DNA from: Capsulimonadaceae bacterium
GTDB lineage: Bacteria; Armatimonadota; Armatimonadia; Armatimonadales; Capsulimonadaceae
NCBI GenBank assembly: GCA_965215505.1
Contig: OZ244065.1
Coordinates: forward strand, 5,792,001-5,856,000
DNA length: 64,000 nt
Direction of reading: 5' to 3'
The notes beneath the pieces were generated by a model that saw only the letters and a program-made list of their open reading frames with translations, searched no databases and was not told the origin of the DNA. Positions 1-8,796 of this stretch are shown piece after piece; within the stretch, counting starts at the first letter, position 1, and every line of letters begins with the position of its first letter. Both the position numbers and the translations under genes were made by a program.

Positions 1-214
1 CTTCCCGGAGGATCTCCAGCCCGTCCGCATCGGGGAACCGGAAGTCCAGCAGGACCGCATCAAACGCCTGCGACGTCAGACGCGCCAGCGCCTCCGCGCC
101 CAGGCCGACCTCGGTGATCTCGACCCCCAGGTCCGAGGCCAGCAGGGCGCGGCGGGCCACGCGGCGGTCGAGTTCGTCGTCGTCCACGATCAGGATGTGC
201 AGCGGTCGTTGCAT
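1..214 (-). CDS. Response regulator receiver-domain protein (runs off window edge)
   Basis: Manual translation from ATG at 214: MQRPLHILIVDDDELDRRVARRALL...FDAVLLDFRFPDADGLEILRE. Acidic pocket and phospho-Asp motif present. Not in the ORF track. Confidence 0.85.
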   Translation of the reverse strand, partial: MQRPLHILIVDDDELDRRVARRALLASDLGVEITEVGLGAEALARLTSQAFDAVLLDFRFPDADGLEILRE

Positions 215-234
215 GGTGGCTCTTTCCCGGCGGC

Positions 235-666
235 TCAAGGAAGCTCGTTCAGCATCCAGTACTTGTTCAGGGCGGCCATCGTCTCGGTGAAACTGCTCAG
301 GGTGAGCGGCTTTAAGATGTAGCCGGCGACGTTGAAGTGGTAGGCGTCCACCTTGTCGCGCTCCTCGCCGGACGTGGTCAGCACGACGACTGGGATGGGG
401 CGCAGGTCGCGGTCCGCGCGCAGCGCGCGCAGGAACTCGATGCCGTTCATCCTGGGCAGGTTCAGGTCCAGCAGGATGATCCGACGCTCGGCCGGACACG
501 CCGGCGGATCGCCCCCCCGCCTGCGTAGCATCTCCAGCGCCTCGATGCCGTCGCCCGCGACGTACAGCGGGCTGAGGATACCGTTCTTTTTGAAGGCCCG
601 CCGGACGTTCATCACGTCGAGTTCGTCGTTCTCAACCAGAAGGATGTTGAGCATCTGTTCCGACAT
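235..666 (-). CDS. Single-domain response regulator (Rcp1/CheY-like)
   Basis: ILLVEND, ILLDLNLP, VVVLTTS and YILKP receiver motifs. Confidence 0.9.
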   Translation of the reverse strand: MSEQMLNILLVENDELDVMNVRRAFKKNGILSPLYVAGDGIEALEMLRRRGGDPPACPAERRIILLDLNLPRMNGIEFLRALRADRDLRPIPVVVLTTSGEERDKVDAYHFNVAGYILKPLTLSSFTETMAALNKYWMLNELP

Positions 667-1810
667 GTCGCGCCTCCCTCCTGACGTCCGGCGCGGGGGC
701 GTCCGGCCAGGTGAAACGGAACGTCGCGCCCTCGCCTCCGCCGGACGTGATGCCGACCGCCCCCCCCTGGGCCTCGACGATCTTCTTCACCAGGGCCAGC
801 CCGACGCCCGTGTTCCCCCCCTTGCCCTGGGCGTCCAGTGTCTGGAAGATCGTCCAGATCCGGTCGTGGTACTCGGGCGCGATACCCGGCCCGTCGTCGG
901 CGACCGAGAACTCGTGCCACCGCTCGCCGCGCCTGACGCCGACATGGATGCGGCCTTCCGCCTTGTCGTGGTGCTTGATGGCGTTGCTCAGGAGGTTCTG
1001 GAAGACCTGCTGCAACTGGAGGCGCTGCGTGTGGACGGTGGGCATGTCGTCGTCCAGCGTGATGCCGATGCCCGGCGGCGGCGCGAGCAGGTCGATCACC
1101 CCGGTCAGCAGCGCCTTGAGGTCCACGGTCTCGGGGATGACTTCGGCCCGCCCGACGCGCGAGTATTGCAGAATGCCCTCGATCATCGCCTCCATGCGGC
1201 CCACCCGGTCCCGGAGCAGGTCGAACTGGCCGGCCACCTCGGGCGTGATCGCCCCGGCCAGGTCTTCCTCGATCCAGCGCGACAGGTTCGCGATGCCGCG
1301 CAGGGGTGCCCGCAGGTCGTGCGAGGTGATGTAGGCGAACTGGTCAAGCTCCGCGTTGCGCCGCTCCAGGGTCCGGGTCATCACGTCAAGCTCCGCCACC
1401 CGGTGGAGGAGCGCCTCCTCGGCCAGTCGGCGCGCGGTGATGTCCTCGTGGGAGACGACGGCCCGCGCGGGTCCGCCGCCGGGGAAGCGGGTCACTCGCA
1501 GGCTGAACCAGCACCGACGCGTCGGCGAATGGCACGGGTACTCCAGCCCGAACGTCTCCGCCTCGCCCGCGAGGACCGCGCGGATGCCGGACGCCGCCCC
1601 GCCCGCGTCTTCCGACCACTCGCCCGTCGCCGCGTCGCAAACGCGCAGATAGTTCATCCCCTCACCGATCGCGCTCCCGCCCGGCGAGTTCGCCTCGGTG
1701 TAGGCCCGCCAAGCGGCGTTGACCGCGAGGATTTTGCCCTCGCAGTCCAGGATCGCGATGTGGGCGGCCAGGCCGTCCATCGCCGTATGCGCCTGCTGCT
1801 CGGAGGTCAT
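632..1810 (-). CDS. PAS-domain sensor histidine kinase (HisKA + HATPase)
   Basis: FAYITSHDLRAPL H-box, QNLLSNAIK N-box, DDGPGI G1 and GVGLALVK G2. Start taken at ATG 1810, which overlaps the upstream stop (ATGA). Confidence 0.9.
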   Translation of the reverse strand: MTSEQQAHTAMDGLAAHIAILDCEGKILAVNAAWRAYTEANSPGGSAIGEGMNYLRVCDAATGEWSEDAGGAASGIRAVLAGEAETFGLEYPCHSPTRRCWFSLRVTRFPGGGPARAVVSHEDITARRLAEEALLHRVAELDVMTRTLERRNAELDQFAYITSHDLRAPLRGIANLSRWIEEDLAGAITPEVAGQFDLLRDRVGRMEAMIEGILQYSRVGRAEVIPETVDLKALLTGVIDLLAPPPGIGITLDDDMPTVHTQRLQLQQVFQNLLSNAIKHHDKAEGRIHVGVRRGERWHEFSVADDGPGIAPEYHDRIWTIFQTLDAQGKGGNTGVGLALVKKIVEAQGGAVGITSGGGEGATFRFTWPDAPAPDVRREARHVGTDAQHPSG

Positions 1811-3162
1811 AGCCTTGCCAGACAAACGCCCAGCAGGCCGAGGAACCGCTCGATCTCGTCCGGCGTCACGCTCAGGTTGGGCCGGGTGCGGATGCTGTCC
1901 GCGCCCGCGCCGAGCAGCAGCAGGTCGTGTTCCTGCAAGGCGATGTCGGTCAGCCGGCCCCGCATGGCGGGCTGGGCCAGCGTGAAGCCCTGATACAGCC
2001 CCAAGCCGCGCACGTTTCGGATGACGGACGGGAAGCGCCGCTGCAAGTCGCGCAGGCCGCCTGCGAGCTGCTCCCCACTCCGGGCGGCGGACTCGATCAG
2101 GCCCTCGTCCTCGACGACGCGCCACTCCTGGCAGAAGCGGACCATGTCGGCCAGGCCGCCGCCCCAGGTGCTGTCCAGGACGCCGATGTCGCCCAGCGGC
2201 TCGCGCATGAAGAGCGCGCCCAGGGCGAACTTCTTGCCGACGGCCACGGCCTCGGGCGGGTACGGCAGGTCGAACTGGTCAATGGCGAACAGGGTCCCGG
2301 TCGGCCCCGCCGAGGTCTGGACCTCGTCCACGCCCAGGCCGACGTCGTAGCGGTGGGCCAGCCGGGACAGGCCCCGGAACCACTCCGCCTGGGCGACCCT
2401 CTGGCCGCCCGCGCCCTGGATCGGCTCGACGATGATGCCGACGATCTCGTCCCCCCCGCGCGCCAGGATGCCCTCGATCATCTCCAGGCTCAGGCGGGTG
2501 CGGGCGTCATTCTCCCCTGGGGGCGCGTCGTTGTCCACGGCGGGGAAGGGCACCTTGATGTTGCCGGACGCGGCCAGCCCCTGGAAGTCCTGGGTCGCGA
2601 CCGGGTCCAGGGTCTGCGTGACCTGCAAGGCGTAGACGGTGCGCCCGTGGAACGCCTGGTCGAAGTAGAGGAAGCGGCGCGGGGACGATTCGCCGGCCGA
2701 CCCGCCGCGCCGCATCCGCCGGGCGTTGTGCCGCGAGAGCAAATACTTCAGCATGTTCTCGACGGCCTCGGCACCCGAGTTGACCGCGTACACCTCGCGC
2801 GTTGCCGTCCCGCACATGGTCTTGGGGGCCAGGCGGTACAGGAGGCGGTAGTAGTCCAGGCATTCGGCCGTCAGGAAATCAGGGTTGGCGACCTTGTTGT
2901 TGGCCGCGCGCGCCAGCCTTTGCAAATAGTCGGGTTCCTGGAGGCGCGGGTGGTTGTGTCCGATCAGCTTGGAGCCGTAGTACCCAGCCCAGTCGAAAAG
3001 CCGCTGCCCGTCCACGGTCGCGAGCGACATGCCCGCGCCGCCCGCAACGTCCAGGACGAACGGCCACGGGTGGTAGATGACGTAGCGCTGCATCTCGGCG
3101 ATCATCTCCCGGCTGCGCGGGCCGGGGTAGCGGGGGGCGGCCTCCGTGCTTTCTGTTTCCAT
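1807..3162 (-). CDS. Class III PLP aminotransferase, L-lysine 6-transaminase-like
   Basis: SGAEAVENMLK, FHGRT, EPIQGAGG, DEVQT, GKK and STWGG motifs. Start at 3162 follows a TGGCATAAT -10 box. Confidence 0.8.
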   Translation of the reverse strand: METESTEAAPRYPGPRSREMIAEMQRYVIYHPWPFVLDVAGGAGMSLATVDGQRLFDWAGYYGSKLIGHNHPRLQEPDYLQRLARAANNKVANPDFLTAECLDYYRLLYRLAPKTMCGTATREVYAVNSGAEAVENMLKYLLSRHNARRMRRGGSAGESSPRRFLYFDQAFHGRTVYALQVTQTLDPVATQDFQGLAASGNIKVPFPAVDNDAPPGENDARTRLSLEMIEGILARGGDEIVGIIVEPIQGAGGQRVAQAEWFRGLSRLAHRYDVGLGVDEVQTSAGPTGTLFAIDQFDLPYPPEAVAVGKKFALGALFMREPLGDIGVLDSTWGGGLADMVRFCQEWRVVEDEGLIESAARSGEQLAGGLRDLQRRFPSVIRNVRGLGLYQGFTLAQPAMRGRLTDIALQEHDLLLLGAGADSIRTRPNLSVTPDEIERFLGLLGVCLARL

Positions 3163-3241
3163 GTCTCTATTATGCCACATTTTCACCCTCTAGGCGGACA
3201 TGCGGCCTGCCGATACTGTTACCCATGAGGACACTCAAACC

Positions 3242-4108
3242 ATGAGGACATTCGGCATGAAGCGCAGGACGGACGGGGGAGGGGATGCGGCCCTGGCCGG
3301 GCGGCTGATCATCGTCACCGGGGCGTCCAGCGGGATCGGCTACGGCACCGCCCGGCGGCTGGCCCAGATTGAGGGCGCGCGCGTGGTCGCCGTGGCCCGC
3401 CGCCGCGTCTTCCGCATCGAGGCGCTGGCGACCCAGGTGCGCGAGCAGACCGGCGAGGAGCGCATCTTCCCGCTGACGACGGACATGGCGGACCGGGCGC
3501 AGGCCGAGGCCGTCATACATCAGGTGGAAGAGAAGTTCGGGCGCATTGACGGCTTCATCCACGCCGTCAACCGCGCCCTGAAGCTCGGCGCGCTGGACGT
3601 GAGCGACCACGAGTTCGACCTGACGATGCAGGTGAACGTCAAGAGCGCCCTGTACGGCGTCCAGGCCGTCGCCCCCGCCCTGCGCCGCCTGGGCGCGGGC
3701 GGGATCGTCATCTACAACCCGACGCCGCGCGAGACGGCGGAGTTCGTCGCCTCCGAGGCCGTCTACACCGCCGCCGCACACGCCCTTTCGGCCCTGACCG
3801 CAGGCTGGACGCGCCAGCTCGAAGGGTCCGGCGTCGGCGTCCGCGAGGTCACCCCGGCTCCGGACGGCGACGGAGCGGAGGCTGTCCCCGGCCGGTGTGG
3901 CGCGTCCCACGATGCCCTGCTGACGGCGGCCCTGCGCGAGACGCTCGCTCTGCCGGCAGCCACCCCGGCGGCTCCCCCTCGTCCCTCACTGTTCCAGTTC
4001 CGCCAGCCGCAGGAGAGCCGTCCGCCGCAGGAGAGTCGCCCCGCGCCGGAGGCCCGTCAGCCACAGGTCCTGCGCTCCCACGGCGGGTTGGTACTGACGG
4101 AATTTTAG
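3242..4108 (+). CDS. Atypical short-chain dehydrogenase/reductase (SDR) fold protein with low-complexity C-tail
   Basis: TGASSGIG Rossmann motif and FGRIDGFI. Active-site motif reads YTAAA instead of YxxxK. Start uncertain (3200, 3242 or 3257). Confidence 0.7.
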   Translation: MRTFGMKRRTDGGGDAALAGRLIIVTGASSGIGYGTARRLAQIEGARVVAVARRRVFRIEALATQVREQTGEERIFPLTTDMADRAQAEAVIHQVEEKFGRIDGFIHAVNRALKLGALDVSDHEFDLTMQVNVKSALYGVQAVAPALRRLGAGGIVIYNPTPRETAEFVASEAVYTAAAHALSALTAGWTRQLEGSGVGVREVTPAPDGDGAEAVPGRCGASHDALLTAALRETLALPAATPAAPPRPSLFQFRQPQESRPPQESRPAPEARQPQVLRSHGGLVLTEF

Positions 4109-4202
4109 CCGCCAGTACTTAAGGCAAAGAAGCGCGAACATTTCGCGGACTATTTACGTCTACTCCCTAACGGGGCGATTACGCCCCATACAGGAGAAAC
4201 CG

Positions 4203-4580
4203 ATGAAGTCACTACCGATCACACTGGCCGCCCTCACCCTCGGCCTGGCCGCCGCATCCGTGGCCCCCTCCTTCGCGCAGGCCGCGCCCGGCGCACACGG
4301 GCCAAAGGCACCCGGCATGAGGATGCAGAAGATGGCAGACGCCCTCGGGCTGTCCGACGCCCAGAAGGCGCAGATGAAGCCGATCCTCATGGGCGCCGCG
4401 CAGCAGCGGAAGGCGCTCATGGCAAACACGGCGCTGACGCCCCAGGCCAAGATGGACAAGATGAAGGAGATCGGCAAGAACGCCAACAAGCAGATGATGG
4501 CGGTCCTGACCCCCGCCCAGCGCGAGAAGCTGAAGGCGATGCGCCAGCAGCAGCGCGCCGCGAAAGCCCCCAAGGCCTGA
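4203..4580 (+). CDS. Spy/CpxP-family (LTXXQ) periplasmic chaperone
   Basis: Signal peptide, LGLSDAQK and LTPAQREK motifs, Met/Lys-rich; AGGAG RBS. Confidence 0.75.
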   Translation: MKSLPITLAALTLGLAAASVAPSFAQAAPGAHGPKAPGMRMQKMADALGLSDAQKAQMKPILMGAAQQRKALMANTALTPQAKMDKMKEIGKNANKQMMAVLTPAQREKLKAMRQQQRAAKAPKA

Positions 4581-4604
4581 GCCTTCTCTTGTTCCGCGTG
4601 ACAT

Positions 4605-4648
4605 CAGAACGCCCCTCCCTGCCCTCAACGGCAAGGCGGGGCGTTCTG
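4605..4648. terminator. Hairpin between convergent genes (probable terminator)
   Basis: CAGAACGCCCC...GGGGCGTTCTG inverted repeat. Confidence 0.6.
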
Positions 4649-4649
4649 T

Positions 4650-5423
4650 CTATTGGTAGTCCGGGTGGATGTCGTCCAGCGCGGGGAACTCGCGGCGGTA
4701 GGACAGCAGCGCCTCCCGGTCCAGACGCGCCGACAGGGTTCCCTCGCCCGCACCGCCGTCTGCAAGCGCCTCGCCGCGCGGGCCGAAGATCAGGCTCCGG
4801 CCGGGATAGCGCAGGCTCGGGTCGTCCCCGCAGCGGTTGACGCCGACCACATACGCCTGGTTCTCGATGGCGCGCGCCTTGAGCAGCGTCACCCAGTGGT
4901 CCACGCGCGGCTGGGGCCAGTTGGCGATGACGCAAAAGACCTCGGCCCCGAGCCGGGCCGCCCGCCGGAAAACTTCCGGGAACCGCAGGTCGTAACAGAT
5001 GAACGGCGCGACACTGAAACCCTGCCACTGGAAGACGACGACTTCGGAGCCGCGCCCGTAGTGCTGCGTCTCCCGGCCGTAGGAAAAGGGGTGCATCTTG
5101 GTGTAGCGCGCGGCCTCCTCCCCGTCCGTCCCGAAGAAGACCGCCTCGTTCCGGCCCATCCCGTCCGCGCCGGTCGTCACGACGCCCCCCAGCAGGCCGA
5201 TCCGATACTCCTGGGCCAGCGCGGACAGGAGCGCCTCGGTCTCGGCGTCGGACGTTTCCGACACCTCAGCGACGTCCATGCTGAAGCCGGTCGCCCACAT
5301 CTCCGGCAGGACGACCAGCGTCCCCGGCGCGGGCGGGGCGGCGGCCAGTATCCCCGCCAGCTTCGCATGGTTGGCTTCTTTGTTTTCCCAAACCGTGTCC
5401 GACTGCACCCCGAGGACGTCCAT
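4650..5423 (-). CDS. Carbon-nitrogen hydrolase (nitrilase superfamily), omega-amidase-like
   Basis: E-K-C triad in LPEMW, YTKMHPF and ICYDLRFPE; ARAIENQ. Confidence 0.9.
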   Translation of the reverse strand: MDVLGVQSDTVWENKEANHAKLAGILAAAPPAPGTLVVLPEMWATGFSMDVAEVSETSDAETEALLSALAQEYRIGLLGGVVTTGADGMGRNEAVFFGTDGEEAARYTKMHPFSYGRETQHYGRGSEVVVFQWQGFSVAPFICYDLRFPEVFRRAARLGAEVFCVIANWPQPRVDHWVTLLKARAIENQAYVVGVNRCGDDPSLRYPGRSLIFGPRGEALADGGAGEGTLSARLDREALLSYRREFPALDDIHPDYQ

Positions 5424-5424
5424 C

Positions 5425-6603
5425 TCAGCCTCCTCCCAAAATCGCCTGCAAGCCGCCGACGAGCCGCCCCACGCCTTCCGCAGCCTTCGCCTGTGGCAAG
5501 CCGCCGTAGGAGACGCGTAGGCAGCAGGCGTCTGACGGCCCGAAGTCCGTCCCCGGCATGACGGCGACGCCGTGTTCCCGGATCAGGCGCTCCACGACGG
5601 CCGTCGGGTGCCGGTCCGTATGCAGCCGCAGGAACAGGTAGATCGCCCCCTGGGACGGCGACACGTCGCACCGTCCGCCCAAGCCTTCCAGTTCCCCCAG
5701 CATGATCTCGCGGGTGCGGGCGAATTCGGCGATTCGCGGCGCGCGGAACGCCGCACCCGCCTCCAATGCCCCCAATGCGGCGAACTGCGAGACGACCGGC
5801 GGGCAGATCACGTTCGTCTCCTGCGCCTTCTTCACCGCCTCGTTCAGATGGGCGGGGATCACCAGGGACCCGATGCGCCAGCTCGCGAAGCCATAGGTCT
5901 TGGACAGCGTGTGCAGCGTGATCGTGTGCCCCTCGCTGCCGGGGATGCTGCCCGGCGAGAAGTGGCGCGCGCCGCCGTACACGAAATGCTCATACGCCTC
6001 GTCGCTGAGGTGGTAGATGCCCCGCGCCCGGCAGAGTGCATTCACGGCACCCAGCGACTCCTCGGAGAAGACGACGCCGGTCGGGTTGTTCGGCGAAACC
6101 GTCAGGATCGCCCGCGTGCGCGGCGTGATGGCCGCCTCCAATGCGTCAAGCCGCAGGCGGTACTCACCGTCCGTCGGGACAAGCACCGGCCGGCAGTCCG
6201 CCATCGTCACCGCCATCTCGTGGTTGAAGTAGTAGGGCGTCGGCAGGATGACCTCATCGCCCGGATCGGCGACGGCCAGCACGGCGTTCAGAAACCCCAT
6301 GTTGCTGCCCGCCGTGACCACGACGCGGCTGCCCGGCCCGATCTGTATGCCGTTCTCGGCCTCCAGCTTCGCCCGGAAGGCGTCTATAAGCGGGGGGATG
6401 CCCGACTCGGACTTGTACTTGTGGTTCTCGGGGTCGTCAAAGAACCGCCCTACCCAGTCCCGCGCCTCGGGCGGCGGCGCGTAGTGTACCACCCCCTGCC
6501 CCAGCGAGATCGTGCCGGGGTGTTCCCGGACGAGGGCGTTGACGGTGGGGATGTGTGACGGCGTCACCGCCTGCATCCGGCGGCTCTCTCGGAATCCATT
6601 CAT
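5425..6603 (-). CDS. Class I/II PLP aminotransferase
   Basis: ISLGQG, SPNNPTG, SDEAY and LSKTYGFASWRIG motifs. Confidence 0.9.
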   Translation of the reverse strand: MNGFRESRRMQAVTPSHIPTVNALVREHPGTISLGQGVVHYAPPPEARDWVGRFFDDPENHKYKSESGIPPLIDAFRAKLEAENGIQIGPGSRVVVTAGSNMGFLNAVLAVADPGDEVILPTPYYFNHEMAVTMADCRPVLVPTDGEYRLRLDALEAAITPRTRAILTVSPNNPTGVVFSEESLGAVNALCRARGIYHLSDEAYEHFVYGGARHFSPGSIPGSEGHTITLHTLSKTYGFASWRIGSLVIPAHLNEAVKKAQETNVICPPVVSQFAALGALEAGAAFRAPRIAEFARTREIMLGELEGLGGRCDVSPSQGAIYLFLRLHTDRHPTAVVERLIREHGVAVMPGTDFGPSDACCLRVSYGGLPQAKAAEGVGRLVGGLQAILGGG

Positions 6604-6615
6604 GTCCTGCCCTGC

Positions 6616-7164
6616 CTACCTGTTAGTCCAATCCACTGCGCCGTTCTGCTGGGACTGGATGCTCTTGTTTAGCTTGTATTGGAGATAGGCGGTGCCGAAC
6701 AGCCAGGTCCAGAGGCCGCTGAACCAGCGGCCGTCGCCCTTCTGTGCCCGCAGCAGGAGGTTGAAGCCGTTCCGTACCTGAAACGTGAGGAGCAGAGCCA
6801 TGATGCCGAATATCCTGTCCAGGCCGTTGGTCGCCGTCTCAAGGCCGGGGGCGCTGTCAATCATGCTCGCGACGTCCAGGCCCGCGCTGACGAACGCGAC
6901 CGCCAGGACGATGTTACCGTAGAGCATCACGACCTTCAGATCGGGCCGGACTATGTTCAGCGTCTGGTTCTGCCTCCTCAGCCAAAAGATCGCATAGATG
7001 CCGAGCGTGATGAGCGTCAGGAACAGGATCAGCCAGACGCTCTGCACGCGAAAATTGTTCAGAGCCGCGAAAGGTGAGGCCTCCGCCTCCGGGTACGGGG
7101 AGTTCATCGGCGGCGGCGGCCAGACGGCCGGTGCGGGTTGGAAATTGTTAGGGTCTTGATCCAT
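6616..7164 (-). CDS. Membrane protein (DUF4234-like)
   Basis: LTLITLGIYAIFW motif, several hydrophobic helices, YLQYKLN C-terminus. Confidence 0.6.
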   Translation of the reverse strand: MDQDPNNFQPAPAVWPPPPMNSPYPEAEASPFAALNNFRVQSVWLILFLTLITLGIYAIFWLRRQNQTLNIVRPDLKVVMLYGNIVLAVAFVSAGLDVASMIDSAPGLETATNGLDRIFGIMALLLTFQVRNGFNLLLRAQKGDGRWFSGLWTWLFGTAYLQYKLNKSIQSQQNGAVDWTNR

Positions 7165-7170
7165 GATGTC

Positions 7171-7241
7171 TCACTCTCTTTCCATCTGTGTCCGTTCCTC
7201 GAATGGCCAGGTCGGCAGTGGTTCGCGGGCGGCAGTCCAGG
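7171..7241 (-). pseudogene. Orphan duplicate of the 3' end of the ADP-ribosylglycohydrolase gene
   Basis: Translates ...WTAAREPLPTWPFEERTQMERE* versus WIAAREPLPTWPFEEQTSL* at the end of the intact gene. 7199-7241 matches 8812-8854 at 38/43 nt. Confidence 0.75.
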
Positions 7242-7281
7242 TGCGGTGAATGCAGCCGTATCATACACGGACTCCCGCGCA

Positions 7282-8796
7282 TCAGACCTTACCTCTGACT
7301 CTCCATTCGCGCACCAGAGCCTCCAAATCAGCATCAGGGTTAATCCGAAGTGCTTTTTCCAGCCGCGCCAATTGCGCCGATGTTGGTCTGATGAAGCTGC
7401 GATTGTACCCGGAGGACCAGCCGCGAAGCTGCTCGGTGGCCTGCTCTTGGATCAAAGCATCATCGTCTACAGCAGCCTCTACTAAGAACGGGATACCCTC
7501 CCATTTCGGCAGAGAAGCCAAAAGCGTAAGAATACCCCGCCGGGCATGGGGCTGGGCTTGAGTCCCAAACAGCCGCCAAAGCAGGCCATCTGCCAAAAGG
7601 CCCAGGCGGGGTCGGAGCGCCATACAAGCTTCACGCGTCACACTCGGTCGCTCGTCCGCCAGCAGGGACAAAATTACCTCGATCCGGTTGTCGCCATCCA
7701 GCCTGCTCACCGCCCGGACCGCCGCCCGCCGCACCTTCGCCGCCGGATGAGGAAGATAAGGCAGGATCAAACCGACATCCAGGGGTGTACCAGTTTCCCC
7801 CAAACCGCTGATCGCCGTGCTGAGTTCCGACGGTTGTACCGAGGTAGTCAACGTCTGCCGGTATAAGGCCGGGATGTCAAAGCGGCCCGAATTTTGCAGA
7901 TGGAAGCGCGCGATCCCGCGCATGGCGGCATTGGCATCAAGCAGGGCCGCCCTGAGTTCCGCCGGGGCGAGTTCAGGCAGACGTTCGAGGCAGGCATACA
8001 GCGCCTCACGGCGCACCGGCAGGGAAGCATCCTGCTTCATCAGTGGCAGCAACGCACGGAGCGTGTCATCGGGCAGCTTGACGCGGACGCAGTGGGCAGC
8101 ACTATGACGGATGACGGGGTCTGAATCAGCCAGCATCCGCATCACGCCTTCGGAAAGGCGGACGTCATCGGCCTCCCTCAGAACGCGGAAACACAGACGC
8201 CGGACCTGTTTCTGGGGCGCAGCCATGCCCTGCCGCAGGGCGGCATCGCATTCCGGCCGTTTCAGCAGAGCCGTGATCGCGGACAGCACCGGCTCATGTT
8301 CGTGTCGTTTCTGCCCCGCAAGATTGAACGCAAGCATGATGTTGCGGACAAACGCCTCCGCGTACCGGGGCGTCACCCGTTCCTGCACGGCCATCAGAGC
8401 GGTCTGGTACACAGGGGCTACCCAGTCGTTGAGGCGCAGGAGCAGGAAAGGCAGTTCCCGCCCGCCGGTGATCTGTGTCAACCGCCGCACCGCCAATTCG
8501 CGGATGTAGCCGCTCGGATGGAAGCTGACCAGGCCGACGAGTTCTGTAGGGCCCTCGGCTGTTCTCACAATCCTCTTCAGCTCATCGGGGCTGATCTTCG
8601 GCCACTGAGGCTCAGGCGGGCGGTATTGAGAGCCTTCACGCACTCTTTTGTCCAGGATGGCAAGTTCGGGCGGCGCAGCCTCTGCCATGTAGCGGATAAC
8701 CCGGTCCAAACTCTGAGGAACAGGAATGGTGAGCTGATGACCGTACCGCCTCCATGTCTCTTCTTCAGTCATAGTGACGACGCCCCGACCCGTCAT
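7282..8796 (-). CDS. HEAT/armadillo-repeat protein
   Basis: Repeated motifs such as DSDPVIRHSAA, DASLPVRREAL and HPAAKVRRAAV, plus LLRLNDWV. ATG at 8796 overlaps the upstream stop; the longer ORF-track N-terminus shadows the neighbouring gene. Confidence 0.75.
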   Translation of the reverse strand: MTGRGVVTMTEEETWRRYGHQLTIPVPQSLDRVIRYMAEAAPPELAILDKRVREGSQYRPPEPQWPKISPDELKRIVRTAEGPTELVGLVSFHPSGYIRELAVRRLTQITGGRELPFLLLRLNDWVAPVYQTALMAVQERVTPRYAEAFVRNIMLAFNLAGQKRHEHEPVLSAITALLKRPECDAALRQGMAAPQKQVRRLCFRVLREADDVRLSEGVMRMLADSDPVIRHSAAHCVRVKLPDDTLRALLPLMKQDASLPVRREALYACLERLPELAPAELRAALLDANAAMRGIARFHLQNSGRFDIPALYRQTLTTSVQPSELSTAISGLGETGTPLDVGLILPYLPHPAAKVRRAAVRAVSRLDGDNRIEVILSLLADERPSVTREACMALRPRLGLLADGLLWRLFGTQAQPHARRGILTLLASLPKWEGIPFLVEAAVDDDALIQEQATEQLRGWSSGYNRSFIRPTSAQLARLEKALRINPDADLEALVREWRVRGKV

